A DNA stretch of 63,956 nucleotides, filler included, from Reticulomyxa filosa (GCA_000512085.1; 25 parts of 25 records of this genome joined end to end with filler, not necessarily neighbours in it), one strand, 5' to 3'. Positions 11,637 through 24,533 are shown, counted from the whole stretch's first letter. Program-made: numbers and translations. Notes: a model not told the origin generated them from the sequence alone.

Positions 11637-12814
11637 GATGGACCCTTTCCTTGTTTGAAAATTTTAGTTTTTAGGAAGCAAATAATATCACTTCACATTT
11701 AGTTTTTTTTGTATAATATTCTGCACTCAATCTAGTTTTGAAATTATGGCTATTCTTTTGGCATAAATGGCAATCTTGTACAGTAGATTGCAAAATGTCA
11801 TATTTAAATGGCTCCTATGAATACAGTGTTAAATCAAAATCATTTGCTGTCAAATCCTCATTGTTGGAAAAAGAAAAATGTTCCACAAGCTCATTTTCAA
11901 AACGCATAGATTTCCACGCTAGCAGGTCGTCACTTGCTGACAGTTTTCAAAAGGGCTAACGTCGAAACTGTAAAAACACTTTGGGCTATATGAAAAGTGT
12001 GTTAGTACTTTCAGCACACAAATTATGCAGTGGCAACTAAATAAATAGTAAAAAAGTGCGCAGAAAAAANNNNNNNNNNNNNNNNNNNNNNNNNNNNNNN
12101 NNNNNNNNNNNNNTTAATTAATTAANNNNNNNNNNNNNNNNNNNNNNNNNNNNNNNNNNNNNNNNNNNNCTTCTCCATGTTCCTTTACGAATGTAAGCAG
12201 AAAACGTAAAGCTTCGAAACTAAGAAAAACGAACTGATATAAAACATTTTCAATTGACAAAATAACTAAATAATTAATAAAATTGAATGAATAAATAAAG
12301 AAAGAAATATTTAAATTGAAAAATTATGACTAGTTGAAGAGTTCGTTAAAAAGGGTCTAGTTCCAGATTTTTTATTTTTTTATGTTACATCATTTGTTTA
12401 AATCCTTGTTTTCAAAGTTTTCAAGGATAAAAATTTTATTCCAGGATTGCCGAAGAAATTCCCTGCAAGAAAGTGGTTGAGATAATCAAAACAGACTAAA
12501 TCGTTTTTTTTTTTCATTAAAAAATTTTTGATATAAAAGTCTGATTAAATAATGATATGACAACTAATTGGATATTTGCATATTATGTATTTAAAAAAAG
12601 CATTTTGCTAGTTTGCTTCTTTTAAAAAAAGAAATTGCATGAGCACAGCCCCAATCATTAAAGATACTTGCGTTGAGAGAAGAACAACTTTTTTTACAAT
12701 AATGTCAATACCACTTTTGTCAACTTCCGAGACATAACCTTCAGGAGTGACAACAATAAAAAAAATTGAAAAAATACAAACTATTAAAGTGAGGAAGGAG
12801 GCACAAAAAATTAA

Positions 12815-13450
12815 TTACTTCCAAAGAGTTTTTCCAATAGAATTGACTCTTCGAGTAAATCCAACTTTTCGGTTTTGCATTTTTCTTTGGTTCATCAATT
12901 TTGGTTTTTTCGCTGGTGGCGCTAATTCGTCATCAGCACTTTTGTGTTTATCGCCCAGAGCAATCACATCATCTGCAGCAACAGCCCCGGAATCTTCTTC
13001 TCCATCACTTGGCATAAACGCTTCCAAGTCTTTATTTTGAGCTTTTTGTGCCATGTCAATAATATCTTTTCGTGTCCTTTTAGAAGGAGCCATAGGCCCA
13101 AATGTATCTTTTAGCTCTTGAGATTTTTTGATTTGCTGTTTAAAGTAGTTGGCTTGTTTATGTGCCTCCGAAATTGCTTTTTCAAATTTTTTGCGTTCGA
13201 GAATACGCATTTGTTCTTTATGTTCTAACAAATGATGCCATTTGAACCCTTTCAAATATTTCATATTCCACATGTGTCCCTTTGCCATTCTGTTATTCAA
13301 ATACTTTTGTGGGACTTTTGTGCCATTCAAAATTCTCGCCACTAACTTTGCCATTTTTTTATCTTCAAACTCGACCCACGCTTCCGCAAATTCCGTCCAT
13401 TTGCCGTATATCTTTTTTACCTTTCCTTCGCTATTCTCTTTTTCACACAT
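12815..13450 (-). CDS. ESF2: Pre-rRNA-processing protein ESF2/ABT1 (RRM-like), 5'-truncated
   Basis: [23 protein letters not shown] and [16 protein letters not shown] are diagnostic of Esf2/ABT1. Confidence 0.9.
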   Translation of the reverse strand: MCEKENSEGKVKKIYGKWTEFAEAWVEFEDKKMAKLVARILNGTKVPQKYLNNRMAKGHMWNMKYLKGFKWHHLLEHKEQMRILERKKFEKAISEAHKQANYFKQQIKKSQELKDTFGPMAPSKRTRKDIIDMAQKAQNKDLEAFMPSDGEEDSGAVAADDVIALGDKHKSADDELAPPAKKPKLMNQRKMQNRKVGFTRRVNSIGKTLWK

Positions 13451-14128
13451 NNNNNNNNNNNNNNNNNNNNNNNNNNNNNNNNNNNNNNNNNNNNTTAATT
13501 AATTAANNNNNNNNNNNNNNNNNNNNNNNNNNNNNNNNNNNNNNNNNNNNAAAGTTATTAAAAAACCAATTTCATATTTAAAAACTACAAGATTTTTAGA
13601 TATTTTTTTTAAAATAAAAAAAAAATTAGGTATAAATGTTGATTTTCATAACGCTTCATCTTTTTTCCCACTCTTGAACAAATTTTTTTTAGTCAGTTCA
13701 TATTCGCTGTCTTTTATATTAATCAAACTCAATGAATACATCTTTCATATTCCCCGTCAATGAAACATTATCGCAGCAACTCATCCTAATCTTTCCATCT
13801 TTTGATTATATTTGCCATCACATACACAAAAACGTGAGTTCAACCAATTGAGATTTTCACTCACTTTATTTGAATAAAAAACAGCATCTGCACACTTATA
13901 CAACTTAACAGTATCAGAAATTTCATTGCTGAAATAATAATCGTCAAATTTGCAGTTATTTATAAGGTTCAGAGCAAAGATACCAAAACCGTTTTAACTT
14001 AATCTTGAATATTGTGTCATTTTATGCTATCTTCTATTATTTACTCGTATCACGAATAAAGTTTTACTCGTTACAGTTGAGATTTCAAAAGATACACCAA
14101 AAACACACTTTTGTAGAACTTGGAAAGC

Positions 14129-14249
14129 TAAAAAAAGCAAAGGAAGACAAAAGCAAAAAGAAAGAGTTAATTGGGCGGCACCACGATGTTCCTGAAGGCG
14201 CCGCCTGATCTAACTTTTTTTTTCGCTTTTCCTTCCTTTGCTTTTTTTA
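14129..14249. repeat. ~120-nt imperfect inverted repeat (foldback hairpin)
   Basis: Arms 14129-14182 and 14197-14249. The outer 18 bp are a perfect match (TAAAAAAAGCAAAGGAAG / CTTCCTTTGCTTTTTTTA) and there is a GC-rich inner stem GGCGGCACC/GGCGCCGCC. Confidence 0.85.
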
Positions 14250-16294
14250 AAATTTGTTTTAGTACTTTTTATTTGGTTTGATAGTTTTTTTTTATGTGTC
14301 ATTAACTCGTGCAAATTTTATTTTTATTTTTAAAGATTTGTTTATTGAATGAAATTATGTTATTTTTTGAATCATTCCATTTGCAAACTTTCCGCACATT
14401 GTCGAAAAAACTTTAATTGTCATTTTTTTTTAATCAATTCAGTCTGTTATTTTATGCATTAAATCAAACGTACAATTTAAATAATTACGCAATTTATTCA
14501 CTTTCCCTTTGTTGCCTTTAGTTTGTATATTTTCTTTGAATCCTATTTAACAAAGTTCAAACATTCTCTGTGTTTTTTCATTTTTCTAAATTTTATTTTT
14601 TAACATGCAAGAGCTTTAAGTTCACAAATGTTCAACAAAAAAAAGTGTCAGTATGGAACAGTTGTAGAATATTTAAAAAGCTCTTGCTTTTATTTTTCTG
14701 ATTGTGAAATAAATATCACTTTTTTTAAAGATTTTAATAAAGCAAGCAAATACCAATTTCCTCGACGCAATTCAATATCGTAGCATTTTTACTGCTTTAA
14801 AGGATTTACATTTGAAAGACATGTGTTAAATTTTATTTTTGCAAAAGAAAAAAAAATCTTGGACTTAATGCCTTTTTAAGCTGTCTCGCTCAACTGGAAA
14901 TAAACATCTTTTGGTTAATTAAGACATGATGAATTGAATTCGCCGAGGTTGTATGCAAGACACTCCACCTCGGCGTCGTAATAGTCAGAGTACGTGTAGA
15001 TGATGTTGTCATGGGCCAGCGAAACTATTGATTCAGCTTTGTAATCATTTCTCGAATATGCAAATCGGGGTAAATGATCGAACGAGTTCGATTACAAATT
15101 GCATTTTTTTTCCACTTGCTCCCCTTTCCCTCCCCTTTTTTTTGCGACCACTTGCTCTTTTCTATAATCAAACAAGTAGTACTAAACTGCATGTGTAATA
15201 TACATCAAATAATCTAAAAACATCAACGTCAAATAAGTAATATCAAAAAAAGAAAATTTGTTAATGCAAAAAGGTGATTCACTGCCAAAGGGTGGATAGT
15301 GAGAAAAAAAATGGAAGGAAAAAAACAACAGCCAAGGGGAGGGATGTAATGCAAATATATTAGAAGTGCAAGACAAGACATTGATAACAAAAAAATTAGA
15401 AAATAAATGCATATACGTAGAGCATAAATAAAGTCGAAACTCCAGGAATTGTGATGATAACATAATAACTGCTCCCTATCAGTCACAACAAATAATGTAT
15501 CATAAATCACGTACTATAATATACTCCTCGATTATCCGGTTACAACAGGTAAAAGAATAGATGACAAAATAAGTGGCCTTTACAAATAATCAATGATATT
15601 ATGAATACAGTAGATTGCAAAAAAAACTGCCATACCTAAATGGCAGTTCTTTTTACAATCTACTATACTAATACTGATCCGATGTTTTGATAGCTTCATC
15701 GATTGCAACCTATTATGTGCCTCCAGTGGGATACATGAATACACGACAACGACGACAACGAAGACTGAACTGCTACGATCAAGCCAAAATACTATCGATG
15801 CAACCATCTATAACATACTTTGAATCAAGATCACTATTCCAATAATCTTGAACCAAAAAGTCGCTCCATAATAACTTTCGACGTCATTGGTTATTGAGGC
15901 ACTCCAAAGTTTTGACACAAAGGAAAAAGAAAGACGGTTGATTTACCTTTGCTTGGACGAAATTGTGGAGAGAATGGCGATATTTTCATTTGCTTTGTAA
16001 GCAAACACTTACGAAATAGGAACTGCACCATCATCATATCTTCTGATCATCTTTGATAACTTATCCCTTCTTTTTTATCTGTTGGTTTAAAATGAAAAAA
16101 GTATTTCATGAATTAAAATGTGTTGCCAAAATTTTAATATAAAAAGTATATCAAATGACACTTGAATTTTATAAATCTAAACACAAGAAACTTCTTTCTG
16201 TCCCCTCCGCTCATAAAAAAACACTTCAACTAAAAAAAAAAAAAACTCTATAAAATTAATAGCGTTAAAGGACTTTTGAAAGCTGAGAAAAAAG

Positions 16295-16600
16295 ATGAGT
16301 AAAGTGAAGGACGAGAAAACTACAAAAGGAACAAATACTGGAGTAACTCCAGTTTCTGTTGAAAGTTATATGTCCACTACAATTTGAACAGGAATCACAA
16401 GAACAGAATCAAAGAAATGAAGGAATAGTATGTGATTTCAAAGGAAAAATTAAAGAATTGAATGATCATTTGAATTATGTCTGTTCTTTGAAAATGTCAG
16501 ATTGTTGGTATAAACCATTTGGATGTGAATACAATTGTTACAAACACAAATTGAATGATCATTTGTCATCGGAATTCAAATTTCATTTTGATTTGGTTAT
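16295..16600 (+). pseudogene. TRAF-type zinc-finger protein with apparent internal deletion/frameshift, 3'-truncated
   Basis: LKVICPLQF...CDFKGKIKELNDHLNYVCSLKMSDCWYKPFGCEYNCYKHKLNDHL are TRAF Zn fingers. The N-terminus from ATG 16295 (MSKVKDEK...TPVSVE) is out of frame with them. Confidence 0.7.
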
Positions 16601-16789
16601 NNNNNNNNNNNNNNNNNNNNNNNNNNNNNNNNNNNNNNNNNNNNTTAATTAATTAANNNNNNNNNNNNNNNNNNNNNNNNNNNNNNNNNNNNNNNNNNNN
16701 ATATATGTATATGCATATTATATATACATATACATATATATATGTATATATATGTATATATATGTATATATATATACGCCTCAGAAAAA

Positions 16790-17672
16790 GTACCTTGCTG
16801 TTTTGGATCCACGATCGAGGGCATGCTTAACGGCTGAGTGGCGGAAGAGATCGTGGAATAAGTTATAGATTGTTGAATAGAGTCGTCCTGTGTGGAAGGA
16901 GTGTCGTCATGCTGAGATTGACGTTGACTTTGGTTTGGATCGCTTGAAGACGTGGCCGATACAAATCCCATCGTCTGAGTTCGCTTGCGTTGCGATTTTT
17001 TGTCTTTCAGTCTTCGCACGTCCGCTGACTTTGCTTCGCTACTTGCGTCATTGGTTTTTTCTTTTCTGTCACGTGCATAGTATCATATATTTACATATAC
17101 TGTATATGTATCAACATAATAAAATATATATGTATATATTTATTATTTGTTTGTTTGCTTGCTTATTGAAACTTTTGTGACTGTTTCTTTTTCAGAGTTT
17201 GCTTAGGCATCGATACTGCATGTTGCAATGGATCGGCATGTTGTAAGGTCGAGAGAAGATTCGAGTCAGGCTGTGACTGCGTTTGACTCTTTACTTTGTT
17301 TTGTATATATGTGTAGACAGAAAATACTTGAAATAAAGGGGTCCATTCTGCTATATCTGCTCCATTCCACACATAAGTTTGATCGTACACCTGACGAAAG
17401 TTTGATCATTTTTTTTTATATCTAGTTTTTTTAAAGTTTTTTCGTTTTTTTTTCCCTCAAATTTTCATCCATTACAAACAACACATTTCTGTTTTTACTT
17501 CGTGTCGTAAATATAACAGGCTCAGTTCTTCGACCGTGACAGGGCCTTTTGAACTTCCAAAACGATCGACGTAATACCACTCGTTATTTGTTAATTGTTT
17601 CTGAATATTTACGTTCAAATTATTTTTTTGTCCCGCTTTTGTCGTAGGGACACCATATTTTGGTAGATCCAT
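16790..17672 (-). CDS. GYF (GYF_2-like) domain protein, multi-exon, 3'-truncated
   Basis: EWYYVDRFGSSKGPVTVEELSLLYLRHE | VYDQTYVWNGADIAEWTPL matches W-Y-Y...GP...L...TxVW...W. Confidence 0.8.
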
Positions 17673-18121
17673 GTGTAACAGATGATAGCTGTTTAAAAAA
17701 AGGTAAAGGGGAACCAAAACAAATTGGAACTTTTTTGTAATCTCAAGACTGCAAGAAAAACGTAAGTCAAGACCTTGACGTTCATGCATCGAGAGTATCC
17801 CAGTGATACGATTTTGAAATTTTTACCACAAGTGTACGTCAACGTTGTTCTATGTTAAAATTCTGGTACACAATAAATTTGAAACCACAAGGTAAAGATT
17901 TTGAAAAAAAAAAATATTTTAAACGAATCAAGAACTGGGCAAGAAAGCAAATGCCACACCTTTTTTTTTATATTTTATTTTATTTATTTTTTTTTTACCA
18001 CGTTTCGTATGGATACATCATACACACATACAAATCCCCTTTCGCATCATCATTCCTCCTTACCAAAAACCAAAGTTACTTCTCATTAGTAGGACACACA
18101 AAAAGAAGAAACAAAACAACA

Positions 18122-18556
18122 TTAGACGGAAGAGAAAATCACAATGGCACTGTATACGACTGCCCAAATCATGAGAATAGAAAGCACCACACCCCATCGT
18201 ACAGCTTGTCTGGCTTTTTTGTCCCATATTTTAGCCAATTCAGCTTCCTCATCTACTTGATTTTTCTCCACATCTTTGTTTTCTGTCTGAGTTTTGTCTG
18301 CCTCTGCACTTTCATCTTCGATGACAAAGTCTTCCTCGTCCAACACATCAAAGTCGTTGATGAACACCTCATACATCCATTCATCGACTTCCAAAATAAA
18401 GAAAAACCCCAATGCCAATTGCAACTTGTCACTGATATTGTTCACTGTTGCCATTGCTAGCACACTCACTACCGAAACCGCGCAATGCAACAATATATCC
18501 AACCCGAAAAAAATTGAAATGAAATACCCCCATCTGTCACGTTCCAAGTATTGCAA
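18122..18556 (-). CDS. Multi-pass membrane protein, last exon
   Basis: Three to four hydrophobic segments with an acidic loop; family not recognised. Confidence 0.6.
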   Translation of the reverse strand: MQYLERDRWGYFISIFFGLDILLHCAVSVVSVLAMATVNNISDKLQLALGFFFILEVDEWMYEVFINDFDVLDEEDFVIEDESAEADKTQTENKDVEKNQVDEEAELAKIWDKKARQAVRWGVVLSILMIWAVVYSAIVIFSSV

Positions 18557-18941
18557 AGCAGCTTTTTATTATTATTTATTTCCATTTTTTTTTTTTTTAA
18601 ATATGTAAGTTACGTATGGCTGACAAAAAAAAAAAAAACCAGATAAGAAAATTTTTATTTTCGACCCCCCTTTTTTTTTAATTATTAAAAAAAAAAATGT
18701 CACGCTCGGGCGCAATATTTAAAAAAGAATAATTCAAATATAAAAAAAACCTTGAAAAGTACGAAAGGNNNNNNNNNNNNNNNNNNNNNNNNNNNNNNNN
18801 NNNNNNNNNNNNTTAATTAATTAANNNNNNNNNNNNNNNNNNNNNNNNNNNNNNNNNNNNNNNNNNNNTTTTTTTTTTTTTTTTTTTTTTTTTTTGTAAT
18901 TGAATTAAAAAAAATAATAATAATAATTTTGCAATCGAATA

Positions 18942-20075
18942 GGTTTGAAGAACTATTGGGACAAAACGACGATGGGACGACGAAGGTGATGTCAGCGCGC
19001 CACCGCGTGAGCGGCGAAGAAGTGGCAGTGAAGGCGATAAGCAAGCAGCGCTACGACGGCAACCAGCTGCGCAACGAAGTGCTGATTCTGAGAAGACTCG
19101 ACCATCCCAACGTCGTCAAGTTGTACGACCTGTTTGAGACTAAAAACACAGTGTACTTGGTTATGGAAAAGTTGAGTGTCAAAAAAAAAAAAGGGGGGAT
19201 CAAAAGATTACAAACTACTTTATATATATGCATATATATATATATATGTATATATTATATATATATGTAATATATTTGTACGAATAACAAAAGAACAGAT
19301 GTTTTGGCGGTGAACTCTTTGAGCGGATAGCGCGATTAGACGGACACGGGTTTTGCGAAAAGGAAGTGATCCCAATGATCCATCAGATCGCGAAGGCGGT
19401 GAAATACATGCACAGCCAAGGCATCGTGCACCGCGACTTGAAGCCGGAGAACATCCTGGTGTTGGAAGGTGGGGAAATCAAGACGATCAAAGTGGCCGAC
19501 TTTGGGATATCCAAGATCATCTTCGACCCAGATCGATATCGCGACTCGCACCGTCACTCGCACGTGCACACAGATTGTGAGGACAAAGAGAAGTGTAAAA
19601 TGGGTATTGTTATTGGCAGTAGCTATGATCACGACGACAATGACAATGACAATGACAATGATAATGATAATGATAATGATAATGACAATGATGCAGATGA
19701 TGAGAATGATAATAAGAAAAGAGCAAGAAAAGGGTCTGTCCAAAAAGACGCAAAAGCGGACTCGAGCAAGTCTCGCAGCAATGGCACGTCCACACGACCT
19801 ATTTCGTCGTCGTCGTCGTCGTTGCAAAAGAATGCAAGTCATCAAGTGAACAGCATTCTCACCATTGCCGAAGAGGAATCGGAAGAAAAGCAGGGCTTGC
19901 AGCTCCAGCAAAGCGAGCGTGAAAAGCAACGTCTGAGTTACACTTCGAATCACAACAGCATCGACACGACAAAGGATATGCCAAGTGGATCGTATTCTAA
20001 CGAAAGACGTCGTTCGTCCAAGCTAAATTCGAAGAAGCAGCATCGACACAACGGCAGTGGCAATGGCAGTGGCAA
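18942..20075 (+). CDS. CAMK-group Ser/Thr protein kinase with long low-complexity insert after DFG; partial
   Basis: VAVK, NEVLILRRLDHPNVVKLYDLFE..VYLVME, intron ~19172-19298, then CFGGELFERI, HRDLKPEN and IKVADFG. Confidence 0.9.
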
Positions 20076-20386
20076 NNNNNNNNNNNNNNNNNNNNNNNNN
20101 NNNNNNNNNNNNNNNNNNNTTAATTAATTAANNNNNNNNNNNNNNNNNNNNNNNNNNNNNNNNNNNNNNNNNNNNCGTTGTGCAAGAATATGAGGTGTCC
20201 CCCTCTCTTCATTCTGCTGTGACGTATTATTCTTCCTTAAGACAATAAAAAATAAAATTAATAACAATATCAACCCCCAAATTAACAAAACCAAATCAAA
20301 ATAAATTTGAAATTTAACAAATGTTGACGAAAAAAATTTTCCAGAAATAGATTGAGATATGAAATGAAAAATGAATTTAAATTACT

Positions 20387-20950
20387 GAAGTCCCTCAAGG
20401 ATCTGCTTTATCCCCAATATTATTCCTATTATATATTAATGACTTGCCAACCTATTCAATGTGGTATGTTTGCAGATGATGTACATCGATATTTACAAGT
20501 GATGTCAATGAAATGAGCGACCAACTAGTGTTATTACAACAAGTTTGGATGGAGTTTCCGCTTGGTCCAATAAATGGAAGATGTTGCTTGCAGCTGATAA
20601 TGCATCACATTCAGACACCGAACAAAAATAAATTCCCAAGGATGCAATTGCATTAAAGCAGTCAAATTTAAAAGAATGTGATCATCCGTCCCAGTCTCGA
20701 GTATGCATCTGCATTTTGGAATGGTGTAGCAGAGACGATTGGAGCGTATACAAAGGATTGCAATGTGTCTAATTCTTGGTGTCTTGAATGGCGACGAAGG
20801 CAATAAGAAGTGAAGTTGATAATCTTGTATTGGCATACAAGATTTGGAATGAATCGAGACCAAAGACACATTTGAATTACATATACATTCATCATCATTT
20901 TCAACTTGCTGAAAAAGTTGTTTTTTTTGGAAGGGACAAGCCAAGATACA
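20387..20950 (+). mobile_element. Degenerate non-LTR (LINE) retrotransposon reverse-transcriptase fragment
   Basis: Frameshifted translation gives (E)VPQGSALSPILFLLYINDLP, CGMFADDV (FADD at 20469-20480), LDGVSAWSNKWKMLLA, IRPSLEYASAFW and LERIQRIAMCLILG. Confidence 0.88.
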
Positions 20951-21288
20951 TCGACATCTGAAGTTTATTTTGGATATCAGTATTGGAGATTATCAAGAAA
21001 ATTTCTTTAGGAAATTTCCTTAAGAAAATTCGTTATTTTTGGACAATTATTTAAATTAATAAATTGGAAGATTTATTTGAAACCCTTGAAGAGGGTCATT
21101 GGAAAATCAAATAGATATCACAAATTTGTTATTTGGGAAGATTTTTTATTTGATTTTAATAGAATTTTGTTATTTTTTTTTTNNNNNNNNNNNNNNNNNN
21201 NNNNNNNNNNNNNNNNNNNNNNNNNNTTAATTAATTAANNNNNNNNNNNNNNNNNNNNNNNNNNNNNNNNNNNNNNNNNNNNATATAC

Positions 21289-21321
<33 letters not shown>

Positions 21322-21339
21322 ATATATATATATGTATAA

Positions 21340-23515
21340 GTAAAACAAAAACTGGAAGGTGGAGTGTATCTCCATAGCAAATCAGTTAGCTCAGGTCCGA
21401 GTATGTGAATGAATTGAAACTGAGCGTTGGAAACATCAAACAGGTCGACACAAAAATCTAGGATAACTTCATTCCAGCCCTCGTTAAAGATCATGTTTTG
21501 GGTTGGATCGCTTTCATGGTAAGTAATGGATTGATGTTGAGTGGAAGAGTGTTGTTGGGCTAAGATTAATTCAATGCGTTTTCCGTTGACCCACGCGATT
21601 ATTTTTTCGTTTGATTTTGAGTGTTGTGTCGTCGCGGTGGTGTCGTGAATGGGTTTGACGTTGGTAATGAGCAGAGAGACCTTACGATAAACTGGCGAGA
21701 AAACGTAGAGAGCACCCAGTCTCGGTCGATCGGTGGTCCTCGAGTCACCTCGTTTGTGTTGTTTTGAATATTTCCACTGAGATATATTGTTCAGCCGATC
21801 GGATCTGGAGGAGGAAATGGGAGAGTTTTCGACAAATTTCCAGCGATAATGGATATCATCCAAAAGAATGGTAGGTTCAATGGCCGAGTAATCCTTGGTT
21901 ATGTCAATATATTCTTTATTAATAGGAACTTGCCAAACGTGTTGAGGCGCCGCAAACCGTGTTTGTGCTCGTGTTCTTGTCATTGTTGTTGTCTCTGGCA
22001 CAAATGAGTTCAACGATGGCTTGTCTTTCGCGTTCAATTGGTCCACCATGAAAAAAAACGAGCTCTGTTCGTCGTTGTTATGCTCGTGAGAGTGGTCCTC
22101 GTCGTGGTCAACAACAACACCGTGGTCGTGATGGCGCTCTTTCACGTCGCTCGCGAATGCAACATCGTGAACAGGATAGAGAAATAGCATATGGACAACG
22201 TGGCCACTCAACATGGGCAGCGCTCCTTCCGAGTCTGGAGCCATCCGCCATTTTCTCAACGCGATTATGTATTTCGATTTTTTAGATTTGTTCACCGATG
22301 CCAATTTTTCCGGTGATTCGTGTTCTTCAAACCACTCCATCATTTCCGGTAATGGCTTGTTTAGTACACGCCAATTGTCCGTCACGCAATAAACCCTTTC
22401 CAAGCCTTTTGGTACTCTTTTCCATTTGTCCATTTGTATATATACATAATATATATTTATATACATATATATATATATATATATATTATATATTATTAAA
22501 AAAAAAAAAGAAATGCATAACTCGCTAGCATTCAAATCGATTCCCACTTGTGCGCATTGAAGAGAATTTGGAATGTGTTGCAGCTTGGAGTTAACAAAAT
22601 AGGACGGAGACCGTTGCGAGGGACTCCAAAATCGGGAAAAGCGAGCTAATCCTTGATACTGCCGCACGTTCAATTGAGAGAGAATGATTTGTTTGGGTGG
22701 CCCTCCAACTGTGCAAAGCGTTTTGTTTATCACAATGCCAAATGTCTTCGTGTATAGCGTCCATATTTTTGACGCCGCTTCAGGATTTTTCAGCACGATC
22801 AACGCGTCGCACTTGGCACGTTGGCACCATTCTTCTGCATTTTTCCATTGACTCTATTTGTGTGGAATTTATCAGTCAAAAGTTAAGCATAAGTACGGCA
22901 CACACACACACACACAAACAGAAGAAGTAGGAGTTAGAAACAATGGAAGTTTGGAGTTCAATGAGAAAGGGACAGACGCAGAAGAAGAAGAAGAAGGAGG
23001 AGATAAGATGGAGTCAGAAGACCAGCGAAAAGGTACATAGGGTTGAATATGAATTGACGAAGAAGAAGAAGAAGAAGAAGAAGAAGAAGAAGAAGGTATG
23101 ATGGAATTGATAATGTCACGAACAGCTAATTCGAAAACAGACTTCAAATGTACTTGCAATTCGTAACGCTGTAGCTCTTGATTTTTAACCTGTTCACGTG
23201 CTTCACCAACGCGTTAGCTTGAAGTATGTGGATTTGGTCTTCGGAAAAGCGACCTGGTTTATTGTCTTCTCCAGAAGAGAGAGGCGTGGCGACAAAATAT
23301 CCGTGGCTGCGATCGTATTCCAATTGGATATCCGAAAAGTGCTTTTGCAATTGTTTGATCGACGTTTCGAACGTCACCGGGACGCGCAGCACTTTTTTTT
23401 CTTTTTGCTCCGACGTCCATTGCATCTCCATTCCTTCAATCTCCAATTCAAACTGCAAATGCGCATACACCGATTGCAGCAATTCCAAGTGTTCTTTTTC
23501 TGCACTTATTTCCAA
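21340..23515 (-). CDS. Large hypothetical protein, internal exons; C-terminal part possibly a beta-sandwich
   Basis: ORFs 23144-23515, 22872-23159 and 21231-22802 with (AT)n introns. LYVFSP...IIAWVNG...FNEGWNEVIL weakly resembles a jelly-roll domain. Confidence 0.6.
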
Positions 23516-23908
23516 GTACTCTTGCTTTTATTTTTTTTTTTTTTTTACACGTTGGACTTCTGCTCCAAGCAAACAAACAAACAAACAGACAAGAAAATCA
23601 AATTGCACAAAACACAATAATCTTCAGCACATTTGCGCAACAAACTGCGCTCCATGTTACGTGATTGTCTTTCGTGTTCCGATTTGATCTCTCCAATCAG
23701 GTGCTGCTTTCTTATGTGCAAAGAATCGCATTAACAGTAAGGTTTACACACAACACATTCGCAATGTTGAGTATTTTTTTTTATTCCATTTTTTTTTTTT
23801 TTTTTTTTNNNNNNNNNNNNNNNNNNNNNNNNNNNNNNNNNNNNNNNNNNNNTTAATTAATTAANNNNNNNNNNNNNNNNNNNNNNNNNNNNNNNNNNNN
23901 NNNNNNNN

Positions 23909-23944
<36 letters not shown>

Positions 23945-23959
23945 AATAATCAAAACTCC

Positions 23960-24533
23960 AGTGACAGGTGCGAAGGAAGTAGCACTATGTGAAGCCCCAG
24001 CAGATGCACTCAAAATGCGCTTTTCCTTCAATTTGACATTGATATTCAATTGTTCTGGATTTTCACTGTCCGTGTCCAGCTCTGCGCGAGCGTGCTCAAA
24101 TAAATCCAATTCGTGCAATCTCTGCTCAAAAACATCATAATAATAATAATAATAATAAAAAAAGGACAAGAAATGTATGGAAATTTTTGATGTTTTTTTT
24201 TTCAATCCTGTGTATGTCTGAACGTGAAATGTGTCCACTCGAAACTTCAAGTCCGGCGTACACCTCTGCAGAACATTCTTCAATGGTCGAAGGGGGTTGG
24301 ATGTTTAATTCTTCGGCAACAAATTCCGGTAAAGTATATTGGTTCCCTTCAACTTTTACTTGGATTTTTTGGACAGTTTGCTTGAGAATACTGTCCAAAA
24401 TTATTTGCCTCTCTTTCTGACTTTTTTGTTTGTTTTGACTTGTTTGCTTGCGAAACAGAGATAAAAGATCGTCAAATTCAAGTGAGACTGATATGCGTTT
24501 TTTTGCTTCTTTTTGTGCTGAAGTGCTGCTCAT
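23960..24533 (-). CDS. SAM50: Mitochondrial sorting and assembly machinery component Sam50/Tob55, N-terminal POTRA region; 3'-truncated
   Basis: IQVKVEGNQYTLPEFVAEEL...QRLHELDLFEHARAELD...LNINVKLKEK..SASAG fits the POTRA domain leading into the Omp85 barrel. Confidence 0.7.

Noticed and set aside
13700-13860. Possible PHD-finger relic on the minus strand (FCVCDGKY...MSCCD)
   Set aside because: Too fragmentary and interrupted to support a call.
20534-20944. Minus-strand ORFs 20534-20944 and 20668-20904
   Set aside because: Antisense shadows of the plus-strand LINE relic.
21001-21030. Short palindromes (also 49378-49394 and ~63393-63417)
   Set aside because: Short or AT-rich; expected by chance in 64 kb.
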